Source: an uncultured Alphaproteobacteria bacterium (GTDB lineage Bacteria > Pseudomonadota > Alphaproteobacteria > Rhizobiales > Xanthobacteraceae). Taken from it: DNA of 64,000 nt. This document shows, in pieces, positions 48,039-56,589 of this stretch. The first letter of the stretch is position 1. Every line of letters begins with the position of its first letter. The translations under genes were made by a program, and so were the position numbers. Under the pieces are notes generated by a model that saw only the letters and a program-made list of their open reading frames with translations, searched no databases and had not been told where the DNA came from. Location of the stretch: the NCBI GenBank assembly GCA_963742215.1, contig CAVULJ010000009.1, positions 84,623-148,622 of the forward strand, given 5' to 3'.

Positions 48039-48605
48039 TCATGACGCCGTTCGCGCGACGGAATTTGACTGTCGCGGCAATGCGTAACTCTGATTTTGAA
48101 GCGGCAGCGTGCCCGTTAGGACGTATCCGTAAGTAGGATTGTAGTTATACTGAACCTCTGCCAGGATTAAATAAGTATTTGGAGTCGCAAGTGATTTTGG
48201 AATTGCCACGGTCTGGCCAACGGTGTGGGCGATGCCGTTGAGTGTGTCACTCCACACGACGGAGGCTTGGCCTTCGGCATTGATCGCGAGTTCCGAAACT
48301 ACCTCCGCGAGGTTTGCAGGCGCATAGGGCGCAATGATTGCTGACCCGGCCGCAAGGATGTTCGACATGTCCGCATCGGTGATGTCGGTATATTGGCTCG
48401 AAAGATCGACCAGGGCATGCGCGGTCAATACAGCTTTGCGGTCAACGGCGATGGCTTGCGATGCTTCGACGCTCCCGAGGCAAAGGGTCATCATCATGGG
48501 AAATAGGATGGCGAATTCGACCGCTGAGACGCCGCCGCTCTCGTTGCCAAATCGCGCTAGCCGGTCTTTCAGGCCGACAAGGAAATCAACTGTTGCGTTA
48601 CTCAT
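48039..48605 (-). CDS. TadE/TadG-family minor pilin-like protein
   Basis: N-terminal TadE-like motif …GGVSAVEFAILFPMMMTLCLG…, directly downstream of another TadE-like gene and cpaF. Confidence 0.7.
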   Translation of the reverse strand: MSNATVDFLVGLKDRLARFGNESGGVSAVEFAILFPMMMTLCLGSVEASQAIAVDRKAVLTAHALVDLSSQYTDITDADMSNILAAGSAIIAPYAPANLAEVVSELAINAEGQASVVWSDTLNGIAHTVGQTVAIPKSLATPNTYLILAEVQYNYNPTYGYVLTGTLPLQNQSYALPRQSNSVARTAS

Positions 48606-48614
48606 GGGGTTTCC

Positions 48615-49208
48615 TCAAGACGGCGCATAGGGTTCGTTCCTGAATACGGCGGTGGCAGCGAACAGATTGTAGCCGCCGCTGAGGTTGCTCAAATTGAACC
48701 CAAGTAAATTGACGAAGACCGGATATTGGTAATACAGCCGCAACATGACGATGTCGCCTGGGCCGCCGGGATTGTAACCGAGCGATGCCGAGTTAAAACT
48801 ACCGTTCGATACCGGGACGCCAAGATTGACTGCTGAGAACGAAGGATAAGTCTCGACGTCGACATAAACGCCGCTGCTGCAGTTGAATATTCCCTGGATC
48901 TGGTTGCAAACCTGCTGCTTGAATTGCGCGGCGGACCATCCGTTCAATTGCGCTTGCCCGGTGAGGATGAAACGCGCTGACGTGGCTGCTGCGGTCTCGA
49001 GCGTCTGGCCAGCGAAGAAAATGAGTGCCGTTTGCAAAATGGCGAACAGCGTCACGATGAATGGCGCAACCAATAAGGCAAATTCAACGGCGGTCCCTTC
49101 CTCGTTTTGCCAAACGAATCGGCGCACCAGCGGAACGATGGGTGACCGAATGGCTGACGAAATCAATGTAGACCTCAATTTATTGAGCATACTCATACTC
49201 ATCCTCAA
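48615..49208 (-). CDS. TadE-family minor pilin-like protein
   Basis: …EEGTAVEFALLVAPFIVTLFAILQ… (TadE-like domain). The listed start overlaps the cpaF stop by 4 nt. Confidence 0.7.
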   Translation of the reverse strand: MRMSMSMLNKLRSTLISSAIRSPIVPLVRRFVWQNEEGTAVEFALLVAPFIVTLFAILQTALIFFAGQTLETAAATSARFILTGQAQLNGWSAAQFKQQVCNQIQGIFNCSSGVYVDVETYPSFSAVNLGVPVSNGSFNSASLGYNPGGPGDIVMLRLYYQYPVFVNLLGFNLSNLSGGYNLFAATAVFRNEPYAPS

Positions 49209-50656
49209 CCTATCAACGTAGCTGCGCCGGCACTGTGCCCATGATGCAGGCCCGGATCAAAGAAGTTATCCGGAATGCTAGCGCCATTGGCGAGGAGATC
49301 AGGCAGATAACGTGGCCGAATCCCAGTCGCCTGGAAATGACCTTCAGCCGAGCCCTCTTGGCCGCTGGGGTTGCGAACGAACTTAAAAATCTCCTGCATC
49401 AGAACTGTATTGCCTTCGAGACCGGTTATTTCGGAAACACTCGTTACGCGCCGCTTGCCATCAGGAAATCGTTGCAGTTGCACAATGACTCGAACCGCAG
49501 AAGCGACTTGGGCGCGAATGCTCCCGACGGTGGCTGGAACTCCTGACATGCCAACCATCTGCTCCAACCTGACGATTGCGTCGCGAGGTGTATTGGCATG
49601 AATGGTGGTCATTGATCCTTCATGACCGGTATTCATGGCCTGCAGCATATCAAACGCTTCTTCGCCCCGGCATTCGCCAAGGATGATTCGATCTGGACGC
49701 ATACGAAGCGCGTTTCTGACCAGTTGACGCTGACTAATTTCGCCTTTGCCCTCGATGTTCGACGGCCGCGTTTCCAATCGAATGACATGAGGCTGTTGGA
49801 ATTGAAACTCAGCGGCGTCTTCAATCGTGACAAGGCGTTCGAGGGCTGAAATTGATCCTGATAGTGCGTTTAACAAGGTCGTCTTGCCGGACCCCGTTCC
49901 ACCCGAAACGATCAAAGACACACGGTTTCGCACGCTGGCGGAAAGCAGCTGCGCGATCGGCGGCGACAGCGCGCCGGCCGCGACCAGTCTCTCTAGGTTA
50001 TACGGCTTCGTAGGGAATTTGCGGATTGAAACCACCGGCCCGTCCAGCGCTACGGGCCGCAAAACAACGTTGACGCGAGAGCCGTCGCTTAGCCGCGCAT
50101 CGCAAAGCGGTTGAGATTCGTCGACCCGGCGGCCGATCGCCGTGACGATCTTGTTGATGATCCGCAATAGATGAGCTTCGTTTCTAAAGCGGACAGCAGT
50201 TTGCTCAAGCATTCCCCGCCGCTCGATATAGACACAGTTGTGACCGTTGATCATTATGTCGCCAACCGTCGGGTCCTTTAGCAGCGGCTCGATACAACCC
50301 AAACCCGTCATTTCATTGAGGATCTCACTGACAAAATCCTCAAGTTCCTGCGAATTGAGCGCAAGATTATCCGATTGAAGGTATTGCGCTACGAGCGTGG
50401 AAACGTGTTGGCGGGTGTCTTCTTCCGATAACTTTTCCAAGGCTGATAAATTGATTTCCTCGAGCAAACGTTGATGGAGCCGAACCTTGGCATCGAGGAG
50501 TTTGTCGCTCAGCACAGAATGCGGATGCCCCGTCTTCGAAATGGCTTGAATGGTGGCGGCCGGAGCGACCTCTTCCGTAAGGGCAGCGGGATGATACTTT
50601 CCTACCGCGCTAGATACCTGTGCGACGGTTGGACTAATGGGAAAGCGATCGAGCAT
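49205..50656 (-). CDS. cpaF: CpaF/TadA-family pilus assembly ATPase
   Basis: Walker [19 protein letters not shown], Walker [34 protein letters not shown] (His box), and a typical T2SS/T4SS ATPase core. Confidence 0.9.
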   Translation of the reverse strand: MLDRFPISPTVAQVSSAVGKYHPAALTEEVAPAATIQAISKTGHPHSVLSDKLLDAKVRLHQRLLEEINLSALEKLSEEDTRQHVSTLVAQYLQSDNLALNSQELEDFVSEILNEMTGLGCIEPLLKDPTVGDIMINGHNCVYIERRGMLEQTAVRFRNEAHLLRIINKIVTAIGRRVDESQPLCDARLSDGSRVNVVLRPVALDGPVVSIRKFPTKPYNLERLVAAGALSPPIAQLLSASVRNRVSLIVSGGTGSGKTTLLNALSGSISALERLVTIEDAAEFQFQQPHVIRLETRPSNIEGKGEISQRQLVRNALRMRPDRIILGECRGEEAFDMLQAMNTGHEGSMTTIHANTPRDAIVRLEQMVGMSGVPATVGSIRAQVASAVRVIVQLQRFPDGKRRVTSVSEITGLEGNTVLMQEIFKFVRNPSGQEGSAEGHFQATGIRPRYLPDLLANGASIPDNFFDPGLHHGHSAGAATLIG

Positions 50657-50693
50657 AGTCGTGTCTCAGGTTGAATTTGAAAGAGGCTCGAGT

Positions 50694-51938
50694 TCAACTC
50701 GCTAAAGACTTTGGATTCATATCACCGCCATGTCCGATCAGTGTGGACCAACGACCGAGCGATTGCGCCAGCGCATTCAACTTGCGGCGACGCGGGACAA
50801 TCAATCGCTTGATGGCAATCGCGATGTCACTATTTTTTCGTACGTCATCCATAGGTACGCCGCGATCGATCGCCTCGCGTACGAGGCCGTGATTATTGGG
50901 TATGGTGCATGCCAAAGCGCCGCCAAGAGCTTTTTCAAGATCCGTGCGTCGCAGCCCTGGGCTGAAGAGCCGATCTTGAAAGCGATTAATGACGACACTC
51001 GGTTCTGGGCGTTGTTCACGCCTGGTAGAAAGTGCCCGAACCATCTGCTGAGCTTTTCGCACACCCGGCACGGTCGCGTCGCTCACCAGGAATAGCCGGT
51101 TCGAACCCAGCACGATGTTATCGGACCACGAATGCCAAGCATTCGGCATGTCAATTACGATGTGTTCGAAACACTGGCAGACTAGGTTGAGCAGTCCCAT
51201 AACGATGTTCGACGCCACCAAATCGGGGTCGGTCGGCAGTGCCGGTGCGGCGACGACGGCGAGACCGCTGCGGTGCTGTGACAACATGCCATCAAGCAAC
51301 TGTTGATCGAGGCGTTCCGGGTTGAGTTCAATTTCCTTTAAATTCAAGCGGGGTTCGATGTCTAAGTAATCGGCGCAACTGCTACGGTTGAAATTAAGAT
51401 CAACCAGACACGTCGACGCGTCAGGTCGACTTTTAGCCCCGAGCAGAGTGAATGCCGATTGAATTGCCAGTGTGGTTGTGCCGACCCCGCCCGCCACCGG
51501 CAGGAACGTATAGATGTGACTCTCTTCACGTTCAGTCCGTGTGACTCTGGCGCAGGCACGAAGAAGCTCAATTGCCGCTACCGGCTTTACCAGAACATCG
51601 GCAACGCCCATCTGCACGAGCTTGCGCGCGGCGGCTTCGTTAAAAACATCTACGACAGTGATAATTGGCAGCTCACGGCCAATTTGTGCCATCAAATGGC
51701 GGAGTTCCAAAAGCCTTTGTTCCTGTTGTTCAGCCGCACCTAGGTCAATGATCAACACTGCCGCATCGCTGCTTTCGCGCTCGGCGGCATAGCTATTCAG
51801 ACCACTCTGGACAGTCGAAAATCCCGCCGCGCTGTTAGCTTCAAATACTGATCGCGCTGTCTGCACGAAATCAGCATCGGCACTAAAGAGGACGATTCGC
51901 GACTTGTTTTTGTCGCGCGCTGAGGGTCCATCAAACAT
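50694..51938 (-). CDS. cpaE: CpaE/TadZ-like pilus localisation protein (receiver-like N-domain plus atypical ParA/MinD ATPase domain)
   Basis: N-terminal pseudo-receiver, then …IYTFLPVAGGVGTTTLAIQSA… (deviant Walker A) and …VIDMPNAW…. Located between flp and cpaF. Confidence 0.8.
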   Translation of the reverse strand: MFDGPSARDKNKSRIVLFSADADFVQTARSVFEANSAAGFSTVQSGLNSYAAERESSDAAVLIIDLGAAEQQEQRLLELRHLMAQIGRELPIITVVDVFNEAAARKLVQMGVADVLVKPVAAIELLRACARVTRTEREESHIYTFLPVAGGVGTTTLAIQSAFTLLGAKSRPDASTCLVDLNFNRSSCADYLDIEPRLNLKEIELNPERLDQQLLDGMLSQHRSGLAVVAAPALPTDPDLVASNIVMGLLNLVCQCFEHIVIDMPNAWHSWSDNIVLGSNRLFLVSDATVPGVRKAQQMVRALSTRREQRPEPSVVINRFQDRLFSPGLRRTDLEKALGGALACTIPNNHGLVREAIDRGVPMDDVRKNSDIAIAIKRLIVPRRRKLNALAQSLGRWSTLIGHGGDMNPKSLAS

Positions 51939-51987
51939 CTACACAACTCCAGCGGCGGAAACTGGGATCAGTTGAGAATTTCCGCCA

Positions 51988-52149
51988 TTATTTGAGGTCG
52001 GTACTAACCGCCGTGAAAATGTTGTTGAGGTTGCCGCCCAGGGTGGTAACGGCCAAGACGATTAGCACTGCAATGAGAGATGCAATCAGGCTGTATTCAA
52101 TGGCCGTTGCGGCAGACTCGTTTTTAACAAAGCGAGCAAGTGTGTTCAT
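51988..52149 (-). CDS. flp: Flp-family type IVb pilin (53 aa)
   Basis: Not in the ORF track. SD GGGAGA precedes the ATG. Product MNTLARFVKNESAATAIEYSLIASLIAVLIVLAVTTLGGNLNNIFTAVSTDLK carries the Flp motif (…ATAIEY…) and a hydrophobic helix. Confidence 0.85.
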   Translation of the reverse strand: MNTLARFVKNESAATAIEYSLIASLIAVLIVLAVTTLGGNLNNIFTAVSTDLK

Positions 52150-52593
52150 GACTGATCTCCCTATGAACGACGTTGTTTGTACGCAACGCTATGGTTAATT
52201 GCTAATGAATCCAGTTGGTAAGATTACTTTGATACGCAAATGTGCGATTGATCGGCTCCGTCGCGAAAATTACAACGCCTATTAATGGGCTGCCCAACAC
52301 TGCGATCGTGGCGGCGGCGGTGGGGGCGACGATCGCGACAGTGGTGCCGGTGCAACAGGCAATTGAACCAGCCAGAATGTCTGATGCTGGCCCATCTCCG
52401 CCGCGTCGACCGTCTGCCTTCGTGTGCGTTATCAGGGACCTAGCTGCCGTGCCGTGTCGAGAGTTCGCGCGGCAATTGATGATCGGAAGCGAACATTGAG
52501 CGCGCTCACGCGCCAGATGGGGTTCGGGTAGAATTTGAAGAGGAGTTGGAAAGCCTGTGTGAGTCGTAGGGCGCCGACTTCGCCAGACGTTTA

Positions 52594-53220
52594 CTATTCG
52601 CTCGACTGCACTGTGCGCTTCCTGCGCCTACACATTAACCCGACAAATCCTAGGCCTGTGACGAAGAGAGATAAGGTCGCAGGGACAGGGGTAATCGATA
52701 AAGCATCCGGCAGCGTGATCTGCAATTCAAGATCATAAGAAGGCACGTCCAAGGCAAAGACGTCAGTCGATATCTGTAATGTGAGGGTGTCGTCAGAAAT
52801 ATACAAATCGCCCGCTAAGATAGTTTCGCTGCTTTCGCCAGATGGATTTGGGCAATAGGGCACGACATTACAATTTTGTCCGTAACCGGTTAGTGCAGTT
52901 CCTAGGGGGCTCAAATCTGGTTCGGGCACCGGTGCGCCATTCTGATTAAGAACTGAAAAAGTGGCTGACCACTGGTAGACGGCAGCAGTTGCGGCCGGGT
53001 TGAGCGGATTGAAAGTAGGCAGCGAAAAATTTTCGATTGCTTGGATTCCTATTTCAACCGGTCCGAATGTTGATGGGTTATACGACGTAGGCAGATCGCC
53101 CACTATTGAAACGGTTCCGTCGAGTGGCAGATCAAATGTCGCTGCATTTACTTGTTCAGCGCTGGCCATGACGAATACCGCGATCACAGTATATCGCACC
53201 ACGCTATAACTCGAACTCAT
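52594..53220 (-). CDS. Secreted protein with a PEP-CTERM-like C-terminal sorting signal
   Basis: Signal peptide …AVFVMASAEQVNA. The C-terminus …TPVPATLSLFVTGLGFVGLMCRRRKR has a P-x-P motif, a 16-residue hydrophobic stretch and an Arg/Lys cluster, which is PEP-CTERM architecture with VPA in place of PEP. Confidence 0.5.
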   Translation of the reverse strand: MSSSYSVVRYTVIAVFVMASAEQVNAATFDLPLDGTVSIVGDLPTSYNPSTFGPVEIGIQAIENFSLPTFNPLNPAATAAVYQWSATFSVLNQNGAPVPEPDLSPLGTALTGYGQNCNVVPYCPNPSGESSETILAGDLYISDDTLTLQISTDVFALDVPSYDLELQITLPDALSITPVPATLSLFVTGLGFVGLMCRRRKRTVQSSE

Positions 53221-53686
53221 AAAGCGTACTCCGCGCATGGCGCGGACACTCTATGATCGCTGCGACAGAGGCAAAGTATAATGGCGCGTTGGGTAAATTT
53301 AGAAAAGCTCGGAGTTAGGCCGGCATCAAGATCGCTCCTGGGTCATTGCTCACGGCCATGGCGTAACGACCCAACAATATCGCGATATGCGCGCACACCA
53401 CTAAGTGGATATTTCGAAAGTTTTGCTCGTTACGTAACGGCCAGACCGCATAGTTCGGTCTCGTGTGTTTGCAATTATAGTAAACCCCTGAGGTTAACAG
53501 GTTTCAGAGCAAGCCTCCATCTCGGCTGATGTTCGTGCCACCTTTTGATGGCGTCTCGGTCGCGACCGTTGACGACGGCATCATCACTGCGCCGGTGTGT
53601 CTGGAATTGCTCGTCATCGGCGCTACGGCCTCAAGAAATCTTGAACAGAGCTTCGCCCTGGACCCAAGGGGTAAAGCAATCAAGAT

Positions 53687-55399
53687 TTAGGGAGCGAGCG
53701 TCCTTGCGACCCGGAAGCCTAGAAGGTTGCCCCGGTCGTCGTGGGTGTTCCAGAAGCGACCGGCGGAGCGGAGGAGCTGCGGATGGCCGATCCAGGAGCC
53801 GCCGCGAACGACACGCCGACTGCAATCTCCGCCGGTCCACGCCAAACCGTCGGTGGGTGCTCCGTCATAGTTATCGTGATAGCAATCATGCACCCACTGC
53901 CATACGTTGCCGGCCATATCGTAGAGGCCGAACGCATTGGCAGCAAACGATCCGACCGGTGAGGTCTGCGCGTTGTCCCATTTGCTTCCGCACCCATTGC
54001 AATTGGCGTTTCCCTTGCCGATCTTGTCGCCCCAATAATAGGCCGTTGTGCTGCCGGCACGCGCCGCGTATTCCCATTCGGCCTCGGTCAGCAGCCGGTA
54101 AGCTTTGCCAGTCTTGCGGGACAGCCACGCCACGTAGGTCGTCGCACCATCCCACGATACATTGATCACTGGTTGCCGGCCGTGCCCCCAACCTTGATCG
54201 CCGGGCCTGTAACCGTTGCAACCGCCGTCGGCGACGCAGGCATCCCACTCGTCGAACGTCACCGGGAACCTGGCAACCGCGAAGGGTTTTGCGATTGTCA
54301 CAGTATGCTGGGGACTCTCGTCGATATCGCGACTCGACTCACTGGCCGGCGAACCCATCGTAAAACTCCCCGCCGGCACTACCACCATTTCGGGACACCG
54401 GTCGCATTCCTTGAAGATATCCTTCGGCTTGAGCGCCCGTTCAGCCGATGGCGTCATCCCGCCGGATTGAGGCTGTAGTGGTGACGATGGCGGCAGGACA
54501 GGCGGGAGCTGAGTTGGAACTGTCATCTGCGACGGCTGCGCGGCTGGCAGCGTCGGTAGCCCATTGCGAGCAAATTCCTCCTCGATATTCGGTTCGAGGG
54601 TCTTTGCCGCCCTCATGTCTGCATTGCCGCTCGCGAGATCACCCCGCTTCAGCTTAGCAAACCCGCGTCCGAACAACGAACTTGGCAACTTCGGATCTAA
54701 TCGCAGTGCGGAATTAAAATCAGCAATCGCCAATTCCCATTTTTCCAATTTGAGGTAGGTGAAACCGCGCGAATCGAGCGCTGCGGCGAGATTTGGTTCC
54801 AATCGGATCGCTTCATTGCAATCTGTCAGCGCGGCCTGCAACTCCCCGATTGCAGCGTGCGTCCAACACCGCTCATTCCACACAACTGCTACGGTTGGCT
54901 GTAGCGCGATCGCCTTGTCGAAATCCTTGAGCGCGTTCGGATAGTCGCCTTTTTTCTGATAAATCTCTGCACGGTTGGCAAACGCATTGGCATAATTTGG
55001 ATCAAGATCAATTGCCGCATCAAAATCCTTCAGCGCGAGGTCATAATCGCCCCGTTTTTGGTAGGCCACACCCCGATTGTTGAATGGTTTGGCGTAATTC
55101 GGATTGAGTTTGATCAATTCGTTGTAGTCCTGGATGGCGAGGTCGAATTCGCCCTTGCTGGTATATGCGTTACCTCGGTTATTGTAAGCGATCGCTAATA
55201 CTTGGAGATTCTTTGTGTTCGATTTTATAAGCGCACTACAACCGGCGATCTGAGGCTCAGCTGATGTGCGGTCTCTACCATTGCACAAATCGACGTCGTT
55301 TGTGCTCTGTGGGGATGCCAGTGTTACAAGTAAGATCAGCGCGAGGATCGATGTGATGACGTAGACAATGCCTGGGGCTGCATTACTTCGCATGTCCAT
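53687..55399 (-). CDS. TPR-repeat protein fused to a formylglycine-generating-enzyme (FGE-sulfatase/SUMF1) domain
   Basis: N-terminal TM/signal segment and about 7 TPR units (…AIAYNNRGNAYTSKGEFDLAIQDYNELIKLNPNYA… etc.). The C-terminal FGE domain carries …CPEMVVVPAGSFTMGS…, …RLLTEAEWEYAARAG…, …RVVRGGSW…, …GFRVART…. Confidence 0.85.
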   Translation of the reverse strand: MDMRSNAAPGIVYVITSILALILLVTLASPQSTNDVDLCNGRDRTSAEPQIAGCSALIKSNTKNLQVLAIAYNNRGNAYTSKGEFDLAIQDYNELIKLNPNYAKPFNNRGVAYQKRGDYDLALKDFDAAIDLDPNYANAFANRAEIYQKKGDYPNALKDFDKAIALQPTVAVVWNERCWTHAAIGELQAALTDCNEAIRLEPNLAAALDSRGFTYLKLEKWELAIADFNSALRLDPKLPSSLFGRGFAKLKRGDLASGNADMRAAKTLEPNIEEEFARNGLPTLPAAQPSQMTVPTQLPPVLPPSSPLQPQSGGMTPSAERALKPKDIFKECDRCPEMVVVPAGSFTMGSPASESSRDIDESPQHTVTIAKPFAVARFPVTFDEWDACVADGGCNGYRPGDQGWGHGRQPVINVSWDGATTYVAWLSRKTGKAYRLLTEAEWEYAARAGSTTAYYWGDKIGKGNANCNGCGSKWDNAQTSPVGSFAANAFGLYDMAGNVWQWVHDCYHDNYDGAPTDGLAWTGGDCSRRVVRGGSWIGHPQLLRSAGRFWNTHDDRGNLLGFRVARTLAP

Positions 55400-55597
55400 A
55401 TTTCCACTGCATCAGGCTCCGTCGAAACGCAAAGCCCCCGTTGAGCGCAGCTTGGTGGTGTCCCGCTGGATATTGCTCTGCATGTGCGGCCTCGTCATGA
55501 TTGGTATCATGCCCAGGCGTTCACGAAAAACCGTTTCGTTGTGAATCCAAACTTCCGAGCCGATCGACCGCCGGGGCGTTAGCTCTATTGCGGAGCT

Positions 55598-56158
55598 TTA
55601 CTTCTTTTGTTCGACGAGTGTTGAAAACTTGACCGTGCCGTCATCCAAGATTTCAACCCGCGGAGCTGTTCCTCGAATTCCCATCGTACCTATGGGCGTG
55701 TCGACCTTCATGTCGCCGGTATGCGCGACGTCGCCAGCGATGAAAGTGAATGTTCCTTTTGTCAGACTGAGCAAGCTGGAATTGGAATGACCTTTCGGAT
55801 CGTAGACAAACTCATTCACTTCCATTTTAGCATTGCTGGAAACGCTAAATGACGAACCATCGGCAAAGGTAATGCCAAGCGCGCCATCCACTCCGGTCTG
55901 GATTAGGTCGCCACGATAGACCAGATCACCGACCTTCGTTTGCGCGTCGCCGGTGGCAGGCGCGCTGGCCTGAACGAGCACAGCAGCCGCATGTTCAATG
56001 TGGGCGGTCCCAGTAACGGTTAGGACCTTCCCGATGGGGCTCGCGTCAAGATCCGGTGGCTGCGCTGAACTGCTCTGGGCCCAAGCCAAACTTGGGACCA
56101 GGCCGCTCGCGCCAAGATAAAGGCTGGCCAATAATAGGCCAATTGCACGGCCGCTCAT
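55598..56158 (-). CDS. Secreted FecR-domain protein
   Basis: Signal peptide …LVPSLAWAQ, then …GKVLTVTGTAHIEH…KVGDLVYRGDLIQTGVDGALGITFADGSSFSVSSNAKMEVNEFVYDP… (FecR-type beta domain). ATG 56158 is preferred. Confidence 0.7.
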   Translation of the reverse strand: MSGRAIGLLLASLYLGASGLVPSLAWAQSSSAQPPDLDASPIGKVLTVTGTAHIEHAAAVLVQASAPATGDAQTKVGDLVYRGDLIQTGVDGALGITFADGSSFSVSSNAKMEVNEFVYDPKGHSNSSLLSLTKGTFTFIAGDVAHTGDMKVDTPIGTMGIRGTAPRVEILDDGTVKFSTLVEQKK

Positions 56159-56589
56159 GGCTCCCTCGATGCCGGACCGGAGGAATTCATTAGACTTAAT
56201 CAATAGTTCTTTTATCCACACGGATCAATGCGTTCGCACGCGCGGGTCGACGCGGCACATCGCTCCCCATGGAACCGTTGGGCGGCGCCCTATGGTAGCG
56301 GCTTGATATCAAAGTTATCTGTGATTTCAAGCATTTAAGGGGAGAACTGACGCCGCTGCCAGGCGTGGAAGGAATATTTGACCGTGGCTGGAACTGCTAG
56401 GGGATTAAACTTAACCAACATTTTACCCATCAATTTTGACACAATGCCGCAAGAATTCGCTAAGATATTGTGAACGTGAGGGGGAAGACCCCCGACAAAA
56501 AACCAATCCGTCGACGAACGGTTCATTCCGATGTCGTGCGCCCAGAAATCAAGGATCAGGGACGCGACGCCGGAAATGGGAGACGTAGT

